From: Promethearchaeota archaeon
Lineage (GTDB): Archaea; Asgardarchaeota; Lokiarchaeia; Sigyniarchaeales; SOKP01
Direction of reading: 5' to 3'
DNA: 39,471 nt
Assembly: GCA_008080735.1 (NCBI GenBank)
Contig: SHMW01000033.1
Location: forward strand, 1-39,471
The position numbers and the translations under genes are program-made. The number at the start of each line of letters is the position of its first letter. Within the stretch, counting starts at the first letter, position 1. Positions 1 to 9,242 of this stretch are shown here, one piece after another. Under the pieces are notes generated by a model, which saw only the letters and a list, made by a program, of their open reading frames with translations, did not search any database and was not told where the DNA came from.

Positions 1-57
1 TGAAGCTTATTAATAATTTTCAAATATAAGAATTAGAAAAAAATAATAAATAATTAA

Positions 58-846
58 TTACCTGTATAATTCATAAGGTCCCTCTGATTCTTCACCAGCT
101 AATTGCTTCTGCCTATATTGTCTCGCCTTATTCGCTAAGTCCTGCATCTGTTCTTTAATTTCTTTTCCTTTCTCGATAAGTTCTTGGGTATTGATTTTTA
201 ATCCATACATATTATTTAAAATTTCTAAGATACTCGCCGCTCCTTCCGGTGTCGCAATCTGGTATACTGGTGTAAAAAGTACAATAGGATTTATTTTGCT
301 CGTGAGCGCGATATTTACAAGTGTTGCTTCTGCTCCTGTTATAATGCCCTTATCAACCTTCTCAATATCTAAATCTTTGAATTTACCAGAAGAATTCTCT
401 TGCGCCGCATAATACACGGGAAATTTATCGATCATCCCCTTCTGGGGGATACCTTGGAAAGTAATTATTTCCTTTGCTTTTATTCCCTCTGATTGAGACC
501 AATTACATAATGTTTTGGCTAAATCATTATAAGCTGAAGATATCTGGAAGGGAACTTCTGAAATTCCTAATATGATGTTATATTTCGAGGTATAATAGAT
601 TCTAAATGGATGCATTAATTCCCCATGATGGAATGTAGCAATCGGGGGAAGCATATCAGAGGCAACAAATCCGATTTCCTTCATATCTTCAATCTGGTCG
701 ATCATCTCGTTAGCTATTATAGGTCCGATAAGTCCAACACCCGCAAAGCCAAAAATCAACGTCGGGTTTTCTTGAATCTCAACTCCGTCCTCTTCTATCA
801 CGACAAAACTCTTTTCTCCGCTGTTTACAAATTTTTGTGCAGTCAT
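58..846 (-). CDS. PAC2-family proteasome assembly chaperone (archaeal PbaA/PbaB-like)
   Basis: NPTLIFGFAGVGLIGPIIA, LPP..HPFRIY, ISEVP and TPEGAA motifs, plus a C-terminal helix, typical of PAC2. The ORF track starts at GTG 858; ATG 846 is preferred because an AGGTGA SD-like sequence precedes it. Confidence 0.85.
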   Translation of the reverse strand: MTAQKFVNSGEKSFVVIEEDGVEIQENPTLIFGFAGVGLIGPIIANEMIDQIEDMKEIGFVASDMLPPIATFHHGELMHPFRIYYTSKYNIILGISEVPFQISSAYNDLAKTLCNWSQSEGIKAKEIITFQGIPQKGMIDKFPVYYAAQENSSGKFKDLDIEKVDKGIITGAEATLVNIALTSKINPIVLFTPVYQIATPEGAASILEILNNMYGLKINTQELIEKGKEIKEQMQDLANKARQYRQKQLAGEESEGPYELYR

Positions 847-1123
847 TTTATGAATCACCTTTATTTTTATTGCTAGATCTCTCTATTTCTAGTATATTAA
901 AATTAGAAATATAAAAATTGGATTTATAACTTTTAGATCCTAAAGTAGAACCTACAACTTTTTATAACTAAGATTATCTTCTCTATTCTTTTCTAAAAAT
1001 ATATTTCACTCTATTTGAAAAAAGACTAAGAGTAGTTTGGTTTTTTTTTTATAGAAATAAATAATAAATATAATATAGCTAATACTTTAATAACAAAATA
1101 AAAAGAAGAAAAGAAAGGTTGAA

Positions 1124-1927
1124 ATGTCAGAGATTCTACAATTAAGGAATGTCACTATCCCTACATTTGATCAGAAAGCCATCATAGTTGACGATGTGTC
1201 ATTTGATGTGAAAGAAAAATCCATCCATGCGGTGATTGGACCTAATGGATCCGGAAAATCTACTTTAGCTTACTCCATTATGGGACTTCCAACCTATAAG
1301 ATAAGCAAGGGTACTATAATTTTCGATGGAAAAGATGTTACAGAGTTGGGGGTCACTGAACGTGCTAAAATGGGCATCACGCTCGCTTGGCAAGAACCCG
1401 CCAGAATTGATGGGCTCTCAGTTTTAAAATATATCGCACTTGGGATTAAAGATAAAACAAATCTTAAAGAAAAGGCAGTTGAAGCTCTCAATACGGTAAA
1501 TATGAACCCAGACAAATATCTTGATAGATTTGTCGATGATTCTCTCAGCGGAGGCGAGAGGAAGCGAATTGAATTAGCGGCGGCAATCGCCATGAGACCA
1601 AGATTGATTATTCTTGATGAACCAACGGCGGGATTGGATCTGATTGTTATCGAAGATTTTTTAAATATTTTTAATAAAATTAAAGCGCTTGATATGACCA
1701 TCCTTTTAATTACCCACCGCGAAGATATTGGGATGATAGCAGATTATGCTACGCTACTTTGGGGAGGGGAGGCGGTACGGACCGACACTTTTCCAGAAGT
1801 TATGCTACGATATTGTGCAAAAGCGGGCCTTCGAGAGTTCTGCAAACGTACACTCTTCCAAGAAGAAGAAGCATGTTTCGGTGAGGATTATATAGATAAA
1901 ATATTCCGGGAGGAACAATCAAAATGA
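1124..1927 (+). CDS. sufC: SufC/SmsC-type ABC ATPase of a minimal Fe-S assembly system
   Basis: Walker A GPNGSGKST, Q-loop WQEP, signature LSGGE, Walker B IILDEP, ITH switch. Three C-terminal Cys. Overlaps the sufB-like gene by ATGA (1924-1927). Confidence 0.9.
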   Translation: MSEILQLRNVTIPTFDQKAIIVDDVSFDVKEKSIHAVIGPNGSGKSTLAYSIMGLPTYKISKGTIIFDGKDVTELGVTERAKMGITLAWQEPARIDGLSVLKYIALGIKDKTNLKEKAVEALNTVNMNPDKYLDRFVDDSLSGGERKRIELAAAIAMRPRLIILDEPTAGLDLIVIEDFLNIFNKIKALDMTILLITHREDIGMIADYATLLWGGEAVRTDTFPEVMLRYCAKAGLREFCKRTLFQEEEACFGEDYIDKIFREEQSK

Positions 1928-2886
1928 GTAATGCTGAATATCCAGATGAGATCCTTCAAAGCCTTGAGGGATATGATATAGACATTAATAATTTTTTACC
2001 AGGACACGGAAAAGGAGCAAAATTTTTGTTAGACTTCAATAAAATCCGGGGAGTTGAAGAAACCGAAGGAGTTATCTTAAAAGGGAGAGAAATTGATGAC
2101 GGGATTATTGCGGATGTAGTGATTAAAGAAGGTACCGTAATTGAAGAGCCCGTTCACCTCTGCTTCGGAGTAAAACAAGAAACGGGAATTCAACGTATCT
2201 TCCCAAGAATAATTGCGGAAGATAATTCAGAAGTCACTATCCAAGCACATTGCAGTTTTCCCAACGCAGATGGACTAATACATAAGATGTTTGGACATAT
2301 CTACGTAGGAAATAATTGTAAATTTACATACAACGAAACGCATTATCACGGAGAGAACAGTGGGGCACTAGTAGCTCCTGTAAGTTATATGTACATCGGG
2401 GAAAACAGTATTTATGAAAATAACTTTAATCTCACTCAAGGAACGCCTGGTCGTGTGAAAATTTTACTCGATATTTACGCAATGAAAGATAGTGTTATTC
2501 GATCCAATGTAAAGGCTTTTGGAAAGTGTAAGGGTGATTCAATACGGATTCGAGATTCTGTATTTTTAGAAGGAAGAAATGCTCGAAGCGTTATAAAAAT
2601 GAAAGCCGCTGCCAAGGACGGAGGTGAGGTGCTTATGTATGGCATTACGGAAGGAAATGCCCCCAGATGTAACGGGCATGTCGACTGTCAAGAAATTGTT
2701 CTAGGAAAGGGCTCTACGTGTCGAGCACGACCATTTATTCGAGCAATTGATCCCACCTCTACAGTCTCTCATGAGGCGTCTCTTGGAAGATTTCCGCAGA
2801 AATGGTTAGATGAACTCCAAGCCAAGGGACTCTCTGAAGAGGAGGCAACCGATATATTGATCGAAGCTATGTTAAAAGAAAAATAA
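1924..2886 (+). CDS. sufB: SufB/SufD-family (SmsB) Fe-S scaffold protein
   Basis: PVHLCFG, HCSFPNA, GHVDCQEI, VSHEASLG and KGLSEEEA motifs of the short SufBD family; translationally coupled to sufC. Confidence 0.9.
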   Translation: MSNAEYPDEILQSLEGYDIDINNFLPGHGKGAKFLLDFNKIRGVEETEGVILKGREIDDGIIADVVIKEGTVIEEPVHLCFGVKQETGIQRIFPRIIAEDNSEVTIQAHCSFPNADGLIHKMFGHIYVGNNCKFTYNETHYHGENSGALVAPVSYMYIGENSIYENNFNLTQGTPGRVKILLDIYAMKDSVIRSNVKAFGKCKGDSIRIRDSVFLEGRNARSVIKMKAAAKDGGEVLMYGITEGNAPRCNGHVDCQEIVLGKGSTCRARPFIRAIDPTSTVSHEASLGRFPQKWLDELQAKGLSEEEATDILIEAMLKEK

Positions 2887-2938
2887 TCATATTTAAAATC
2901 AAAATTATTTATAAATATTAATCCATAAGTGAGAAATT

Positions 2939-3457
2939 ATGAGTGAAAAGGATATAAAACTTGGAGATGAGGCTCCTTTATTCGAACTGGAATCCTATAA
3001 CAAGGGAGTAATCGATCTTAAGGAGCAGATTGGGGATCAAAAAATTGTATTGATCTTTTCCCGGTATTTTGGATGCCCTGTTTGCCATTTAGATTTGAAT
3101 ACGTTATTAGAAAATAAGGAAAAAATTAGGGAAAAAGGGGGCAAAATCTTGTATATTACCCAGTCCGGAAAAGATGTGGCAAACATATATATCCAAGAAA
3201 AAGAAATTGATTTCCCTGTTATCCCGAGTACCAAAGACGAATTATATAAAGAGTATGGATTAGGGATGATGACTCCCGAATCTGTGAAACAATTACGAGG
3301 CAAATTAAAAGAATGTAAAGAGCAAAACATCGAGCATGGTGAATTTGAAGGCTGGGAACAACAAGGTCCAGGTCAATTTGTTATCGATGAAAATGGAGAG
3401 ATTATCCATGCATGCAAAGGTTGGCTTGATGTGGACGCCATTTTGGAGGTATTATAA
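2939..3457 (+). CDS. Peroxiredoxin-like AhpC/TSA-family redoxin (CxxC)
   Basis: IKLGDEAPLFEL start, FSRYFGCPVC, LYKEYGL, QGPGQFVIDENGEI; thioredoxin-fold Prx-like pattern. Confidence 0.8.
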   Translation: MSEKDIKLGDEAPLFELESYNKGVIDLKEQIGDQKIVLIFSRYFGCPVCHLDLNTLLENKEKIREKGGKILYITQSGKDVANIYIQEKEIDFPVIPSTKDELYKEYGLGMMTPESVKQLRGKLKECKEQNIEHGEFEGWEQQGPGQFVIDENGEIIHACKGWLDVDAILEVL

Positions 3458-3459
3458 TC

Positions 3460-4110
3460 ATGAAAGAAGAATCAAAATATAATAAGTATCGATTTGTTGG
3501 GAAGGAGCATATTTCTCTCATCCAACCATGGTTTGATTTTGATAGAGGAAAATCTTGGGATGAGCGGGAAGTACCATGGCCTTTAGAGAACAAGGTTCGA
3601 AGGCAAATTTTAATTATCCTTGCTCGAGAAGGTCCCAAAAGTTTTGCCGAGATCATTAATTACATCCGATTTTCTCCGAAACCTATTATTATCAACCAGG
3701 ACGAATATCTACCGAAAGTAAAATATCACTGGAGCGAGGAGGTGGTAGAAAATCATATCCTCAATTTGGAATGGTATAAATTAGTGAAAAAAACTGGGGA
3801 CAAATATGAAGTGACCTTTCCGGTGCTCGAGAAGGGAATGGTCGATGACCTGGAAAAATATGTTGATATATTTGCGGAAAATTGGATTGAGATTATCAAA
3901 ACGACTAAAAACCAAATCGGTGATAAATTTTCTAAAATAAATAAAGATGGCAAATCACTATATCAGATTCTAATCGATAAAGCAACAGAAAAACTCTACG
4001 AACTCTTGAAAAATGAAGGATTATTGCCCCAAGAACCCAATATAAAAGCTCTATATGCCGAGGAATTACGAGAGAATAAATTTGAACAATGGGTTCTCGA
4101 AACTTTCTAA
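3460..4110 (+). CDS. Winged-helix (ArsR-like) domain protein
   Basis: LENKVRRQILIILAREGPKSFAEI...VENHILNLEWYKLVKKTGDKYEV resembles a wHTH with an insertion; starts 2 nt after the redoxin stop. Confidence 0.55.
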   Translation: MKEESKYNKYRFVGKEHISLIQPWFDFDRGKSWDEREVPWPLENKVRRQILIILAREGPKSFAEIINYIRFSPKPIIINQDEYLPKVKYHWSEEVVENHILNLEWYKLVKKTGDKYEVTFPVLEKGMVDDLEKYVDIFAENWIEIIKTTKNQIGDKFSKINKDGKSLYQILIDKATEKLYELLKNEGLLPQEPNIKALYAEELRENKFEQWVLETF

Positions 4111-4298
4111 TTTTTTTTATTAATGAATCTTATTAAAATGAGTGGAAATTTTAGACAAGAAAATATTTATAAGATGACGCATGGTCTTTCTTTCTTCCAT
4201 TATTCTTTCTGAATCTTTTAAATTATCTTTCATATTATACCATTACTAATTTTGTTGGGTATTTCTTTACAAAAATAGGGGAAAATACTTTTTATATT

Positions 4299-4793
4299 TT
4301 ATATATCAATTCCAAGAAGACAATTACAATCTTCCATATTGATATCTAGGGGTAATACAAAATCCTTCATTACATTGGTTATAATATCCATCTTTACCTT
4401 CAATACATCTGGATCCCTGCGAAAATGCTCATTTACTATTTGATCCAAATGCTTTATAGTCGAATTCGCAATAAGAATAATGATATTATCTTCTCCACTC
4501 AGTCGGAATGCATTTAGCATGAACGGGCATTCCTTAGTTTTATCCAGTATCTTTTCTGGATTATTAGTTGTTATCTTTACCTGGGCGATCATCACATCGG
4601 CAACTCTAAGATTTAGCCCAGCTTGGAAATTAATCAAACCCGCTTCTTCAAGCTTACGAATTCTGAGACCGATGGTGGGTTGTGAACGATCAACACGTTT
4701 TGCGATGTCTGTATGGGTAATCGTTGGGTCTTTTTGAATGATACTAATAATTTGCTTGTCAATTTCATCAACACTTATATTTTGAGATATCAT
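4299..4793 (-). CDS. Lrp/AsnC-family transcriptional regulator (paralog 1)
   Basis: DEIDKQII..IQ.DP..THTDIAKRV.RSQPTI..RI.KLEE.G HTH plus a RAM-like domain (AFRLSG.DNI). ATG 4793 preferred over TTG 4832. Confidence 0.9.
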   Translation of the reverse strand: MISQNISVDEIDKQIISIIQKDPTITHTDIAKRVDRSQPTIGLRIRKLEEAGLINFQAGLNLRVADVMIAQVKITTNNPEKILDKTKECPFMLNAFRLSGEDNIIILIANSTIKHLDQIVNEHFRRDPDVLKVKMDIITNVMKDFVLPLDINMEDCNCLLGIDI

Positions 4794-4871
4794 TTTTACA
4801 CTTTTCACTTTTATATTTTTAAAATAAGACAATTTTTCTATCGGCTTATTTCGATTATCACCGATATCTAG

Positions 4872-4893
4872 ATATAACGATACTTGGATATAT
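4872..4893. promoter_or_regulatory. Candidate operator ATATAACG-N6-GGATATAT (copy 1), overlapping a minus-strand TTTATATA TATA-like box
   Basis: The same 8-6-8 imperfect palindrome recurs at 6288-6309, upstream of the second Lrp paralog. Confidence 0.5.
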
Positions 4894-5219
4894 AAATGTT
4901 ATGGTGAAATTGAATTTTTGCTTGGAAATATTTAGAATATCAAAAAAAAAGTCAAATTGCTAAATACATAATAAGAAGTCTGCCTTTTTTGAAAGCTGAA
5001 GAATTAAATTATAAGATTCAAATAGCGATATAATTTGATTATAAAGGCTGCCAAGTATAATCCAGAAACCGTTTAACCTCATTTTTTCGCTTTCTGCGAT
5101 AAAAATGGTAAATAAATTCAATAAATATGGCTATAATTATACATATTATAGTTTATTTCTTAAAACAAAATAATTACTTCGCGAAAATTTAAAATCTCCT
5201 AATAAAATTTACTAAGTGA

Positions 5220-5246
5220 TGAATGACCCTTTTGGGTTGTCATTCA
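5220..5246. other. Intergenic hairpin TGAATGAC-N11-GTCATTCA
   Basis: Perfect 8-bp inverted repeat with an inner CC-TTTT-GG pairing, in the Lrp1/ArsR1 divergent intergenic region. Confidence 0.45.
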
Positions 5247-5462
5247 ATAGTAATTTGTGAATATAGAAAAAAATATTACCACATCGTTCAATTAACTTCC
5301 TTTCTAATCTGGCTTTATTAATCCATTCTCAGAAACCTTGGACCAATAATTTCAAAATGAGATATCTTAATATTCGTTTATGGCTATATTTATATTAGAA
5401 AAACAATTTAAAAAAATAAGAATAGGTTCATTTTAAATTAATAGAGTCAATTCAATATTTAA

Positions 5463-5810
5463 ATGTACGAGTTTATAGATGAAGTTGTCGTCTTTCTGAA
5501 GACATTAGGGGATGAAACGCGCCTGAATATTCTTTACTTATTAACGAAAGAGCAAATATCGGCTAAGAACATCGAAGAACGTTTGGAGAAATCCCAGAGT
5601 ACAATATCACAGCACCTCAAAAGTCTAATTGAAGCAGGATTGGTCGATAAGATTAATTCGGATAATCCGGACGAGAAAGCTAAAATCTATAAGATAAAGG
5701 ATAAAAACATTGTCAAATTGATAGATAACATCAAAACTTTTGTAATTTCCCAAAAAAAAGCACATTTAGAAAAAATAAACGATGTTAATAGATTAGATAC
5801 CTTATTATAA
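5463..5810 (+). CDS. ArsR/SmtB-family regulator (paralog 1)
   Basis: FLKTLGDETRLNILYLL...KSQSTISQHLKSLIEAGLV; contains no Cys. Confidence 0.9.
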   Translation: MYEFIDEVVVFLKTLGDETRLNILYLLTKEQISAKNIEERLEKSQSTISQHLKSLIEAGLVDKINSDNPDEKAKIYKIKDKNIVKLIDNIKTFVISQKKAHLEKINDVNRLDTLL

Positions 5811-5894
5811 ACAATTTTTCATAAATGTGTGTATTTCTTATTTACTTGACACTTTTTTACTGTCATCCTTATTGATCTAATCAATTGTATGAAT

Positions 5895-6029
5895 TTAACC
5901 AAATAATTGAAAATTATGTGTCGCCACGACCCCAGATAATGCACTATTAATGGCTCCTTTTTCGGTATCATTCTCTCGAATCAATTTTGGAGGGATTTCT
6001 AATAATTCATCTATATCAATTTTATTCAT
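5895..6029 (-). CDS. Possible 44-aa small ORF or gene remnant (MNKIDIDELLEIPPKLIRENDTEKGAINSALSGVVATHNFQLFG)
   Basis: Hand-translated ATG-TAA ORF below the track cutoff, with protein-like composition; no family recognised. Confidence 0.25.
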   Translation of the reverse strand: MNKIDIDELLEIPPKLIRENDTEKGAINSALSGVVATHNFQLFG

Positions 6030-6287
6030 CTACGTTATTATTATCAATTAAAAGTTTAGAATTTTACCTAATTATTTAAAATTGAGCTCTTAAATATCTA
6101 TGAAACCACATAAATATTGAAAAATTGCCCATTGTAAGAAATTGATGAAATATTGGTTAAAAAACTTAGAAAAAGATTATGAATACCAATCTCTATTTCT
6201 TTCGGAGTAAATATATTGATTTGGATTTTTTAAGAAAGCAAATTCAAAACTTTTTTTAGACAAGAGTTTCTTTATGTATATACTTGT

Positions 6288-6309
6288 ATATAACGGCATA
6301 AGGATATAT
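6288..6309. promoter_or_regulatory. Candidate operator ATATAACG-N6-GGATATAT (copy 2)
   Basis: Identical 8-nt half-sites and spacing to 4872-4893; about 160 nt upstream of Lrp paralog 2. Confidence 0.5.
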
Positions 6310-6470
6310 CGTTATTTCCATAATATAAAGTAGTCTAGTAATCAGATTCTGAGATAAAAAACCCAGACAATTGAAATTTTGCACCTACATAACTTGAAGG
6401 AATATTGAATGCTTTTTTCCAAGAAACGTTATATTCATATAATAAGACCTTAAAAACGTGATGAAATCAA

Positions 6471-6998
6471 ATGATAAATGATGAAGAGAAAATAGATGAG
6501 ATTGACAAACAAATAATCGAGATAATTCAAAAGGAGCCAACAATTACCCATACGGATATCGCAAAACGCGTGGAGCGTTCACAACCCACAATAGGGATGC
6601 GAATTAATCGGTTGGAAGAGCTCGGAATACTCCAGTTCCAAGCGGGATTGAATCTTAAAGTTGCGGATATGTTTTATGCTCGTGCGGAAATTAACACCGA
6701 CCATCCCGAAGATTTACTTGAGCAGATTGACAAATGTCATTTTATGTTAAACGCTTTCAGATTAAGCGGAACAACAAATATTAGTGTGCTTCTTGCAAAT
6801 TCGAGAATATCATTCTTAGATAAGCTGGTAAATTTTAAATTCAGAGACAATCCCTTAGTAAAAGAAGTCCAGATGAATATTATTACGGAAGTAGTAGAAG
6901 ATTTCGTATTACCAATTGATTTGAATTTTGATGAGTGCGATTGTGAGTTAAGAAATGAATGTGTGAACTCTTGGAATATAGCTAAATCAGAGAAATAA
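6471..6998 (+). CDS. Lrp/AsnC-family transcriptional regulator (paralog 2)
   Basis: 47 of 58 residues identical to paralog 1 across the HTH segment (hand count); C-terminal CDC...C. Confidence 0.9.
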   Translation: MINDEEKIDEIDKQIIEIIQKEPTITHTDIAKRVERSQPTIGMRINRLEELGILQFQAGLNLKVADMFYARAEINTDHPEDLLEQIDKCHFMLNAFRLSGTTNISVLLANSRISFLDKLVNFKFRDNPLVKEVQMNIITEVVEDFVLPIDLNFDECDCELRNECVNSWNIAKSEK

Positions 6999-7149
6999 AA
7001 AATTTTTAACTTCTAACCCTAACATCGTAAAATAAAATTTTATCAATTAATCAAGAATGCTTAAAGGCTAATAGTTTTTAAACAACACATTTAATAAAGA
7101 GAATAAAGTAGTTAAAGATAGAGAAAAAACTTTAGAACTGAACAATATT

Positions 7150-7488
7150 ATGAATAATTTCCTCATTTCAGAAACGGTTGACTTTTTGAAAGTATTAGGT
7201 GATAAGACCCGACTTTCTATTTTACAACTCCTAAAAGAGGAGGAAAAGTCTGCGGCGCAACTGGAAGATGAGCTCGATAAATCCCAGAGTACGATTTCAC
7301 AACATATATCTATCCTGAAAGATGCCAATTTAATCAACTCAAATAAAAATGGCAGAGTTAATTATTATCATATCAAAAGCGCCCAAGTATTCAGAATTTT
7401 ATCACGGATCAAGTCGTTGATAATCAAAAAGAAAAAAGAAAAGCTAGATTCGTTGGAAAAAATTCATATTGATGATATATTATTGTAA
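7150..7488 (+). CDS. ArsR/SmtB-family regulator (paralog 2)
   Basis: FLKVLGDKTRLSILQLL...KSQSTISQHISILKDANLI..KNGRVNYY. Confidence 0.9.
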   Translation: MNNFLISETVDFLKVLGDKTRLSILQLLKEEEKSAAQLEDELDKSQSTISQHISILKDANLINSNKNGRVNYYHIKSAQVFRILSRIKSLIIKKKKEKLDSLEKIHIDDILL

Positions 7489-7650
7489 TTCGACATCTGA
7501 TAATTTATAACACTAATCGCATTTTAGTGTCTTTATTGATCGCATGCATTATAATTCTAATACAATAGTTTTAAATAAAGCCTTTATTACACAATTTTAT
7601 ATTATATGGGAAATAATTTTCAAATTTGAAAAGATTAGCAAGAAGATATT

Positions 7651-8205
7651 ATGATGCGTTCAAATAAATTTCAAAATAACGGCGGATTGCGAAAAATAAT
7701 TCTATTGGGGCTTGATAATGCTGGAAAATCATCTATTGTTCTGACGCTCAAAGGAGATAGAAGTTTGTTGTCGTATTATTCATTAAACCCAACTAAGGAC
7801 CACAAAATAACGAATATGGAGATAGGGAAAACACAGATAAACATTTGGGACTTTGGGGGTCAAGAAACCTATCGAGATGATCATCTTAAAAAAATGGACG
7901 AATATGTAGAAGGTGCTAACAAAATTATTTATGTTATTGATGTACAAGATTATCAGCGGTATGATCGAGCCTTAGCTTATTTTCAAAGAGCATTAGAATT
8001 GATTATAGATCATCGAACTGATATCGACTTTTCTATTTTTCTTCATAAATATGATCCGAATATAAATCACCAAATTCCTACCATAGATGAAAAAGTTGAA
8101 AGCGTAATCAAAAAGATTAAAGAGATGATTCCATCGGATATCCAGTATCGTATCTTCAAAACTACCATCCATACCACCTTTGAAAAGATACCCGTTTTTC
8201 TTTGA
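7651..8205 (+). CDS. Small GTPase, Rag/Gtr-like or Arf-related (Asgard type), G-domain only
   Basis: G1 GLDNAGKS, G2 PT, G3 WDFGGQ, G4 HKYD, G5 KTTI; 184 aa with no C-terminal roadblock domain. Confidence 0.9.
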   Translation: MMRSNKFQNNGGLRKIILLGLDNAGKSSIVLTLKGDRSLLSYYSLNPTKDHKITNMEIGKTQINIWDFGGQETYRDDHLKKMDEYVEGANKIIYVIDVQDYQRYDRALAYFQRALELIIDHRTDIDFSIFLHKYDPNINHQIPTIDEKVESVIKKIKEMIPSDIQYRIFKTTIHTTFEKIPVFL

Positions 8206-8330
8206 TATTACGCGTCTAATTGTTTTTCAATTCTCTTTTTTACAAGATAGTCTAAGATTCTTCGATCTGGTGATGAAAGATTTAAATGAATTCTGATTAA
8301 ATTATTATATATAAGATAGCACACATAGCG

Positions 8331-9230
8331 ATGGCACCGCTTATTCTAATAGTTGAAGATAATCTCAATTTCTTGGATACTATGAAATTGATGTTGGAAG
8401 AAGAGGGATATTCGGTCATATCAGCAGTTAATGGTCATCAAGCCCTCGAAAAACTAAAGACATCTGCAAGATATCCTGATCTCATAATAAGTGATATTAA
8501 AATGCCTCATATGGATGGATATGAATTTTTCCAGAGAATATCCCAAAATCCAGAATTAAACCAAATCCCCTTTATCTTTTTAACAGGAATGTCAAAGGAT
8601 AAGGATATTCGATTTGGGAAAATGTTGGGTATAGATGATTACTTATTAAAACCAGTTAAGGAAAATGATCTTTTAGCCTCTGTCAGGGGGAAACTGAGAA
8701 GGAATAAAAGGAGCGAAAAGGCCTTAAAATATTTAAGAGATATGGAATATGATGGTCAAGAACTAATTGCTTCAGTAGAAGAGAGTCAAATCGAACAAAT
8801 TTGGATTGTAATTTTGTCTTGGGATGATATAGTCGGCCCAAAATTACAATATTATTATCCGAAAATAGAAAATGATAGTTTCCCAGATCGAATCAAGGAA
8901 ATTGGGAACCAATGTTTTCACGCAATAAGTTTAATTTATGGAGATCAAAAACGAATCGAAAATGAAGAATCTTTATTATTTTCTCTAGAAAATATTGAAA
9001 GAAAAGCATATATCTACATTGATGCTTTTCCAAATCCCAAAAGTCGTTCAGGAGAGACAAAATTTATGATGGGGGTTATTGCTCCCAATATTACGTATTT
9101 TGATTCTATTCAAATTAAGAATTATTTTAAAGCCATATCTGAAAAGATCAAAATTAAAACAGAACTTGATATCAAACAATATTGGGAGAAAATAACTGAA
9201 ATTTTGACATCGACAGAATTTTTTATATAA
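8331..9230 (+). CDS. Response regulator: N-terminal REC plus C-terminal longin/uDENN-like domain
   Basis: REC with E9-D10, phosphoacceptor D55, T85, K107-P108. C-terminal IVILSWDDIVGPKLQYYYP and AFPNPKSRSGETKFMMGVI resemble NPRL2/FLCN/SMCR8 longin motifs. REC is high confidence; the longin call is by-eye (about 0.7). Confidence 0.85.
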   Translation: MAPLILIVEDNLNFLDTMKLMLEEEGYSVISAVNGHQALEKLKTSARYPDLIISDIKMPHMDGYEFFQRISQNPELNQIPFIFLTGMSKDKDIRFGKMLGIDDYLLKPVKENDLLASVRGKLRRNKRSEKALKYLRDMEYDGQELIASVEESQIEQIWIVILSWDDIVGPKLQYYYPKIENDSFPDRIKEIGNQCFHAISLIYGDQKRIENEESLLFSLENIERKAYIYIDAFPNPKSRSGETKFMMGVIAPNITYFDSIQIKNYFKAISEKIKIKTELDIKQYWEKITEILTSTEFFI

Positions 9231-9242
9231 ATTATCAGTAGC

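Noticed and set aside
2939-3457. Selenoprotein form of the Prx-like gene
   Set aside because: Both CxxC positions are TGC codons; no in-frame TGA.
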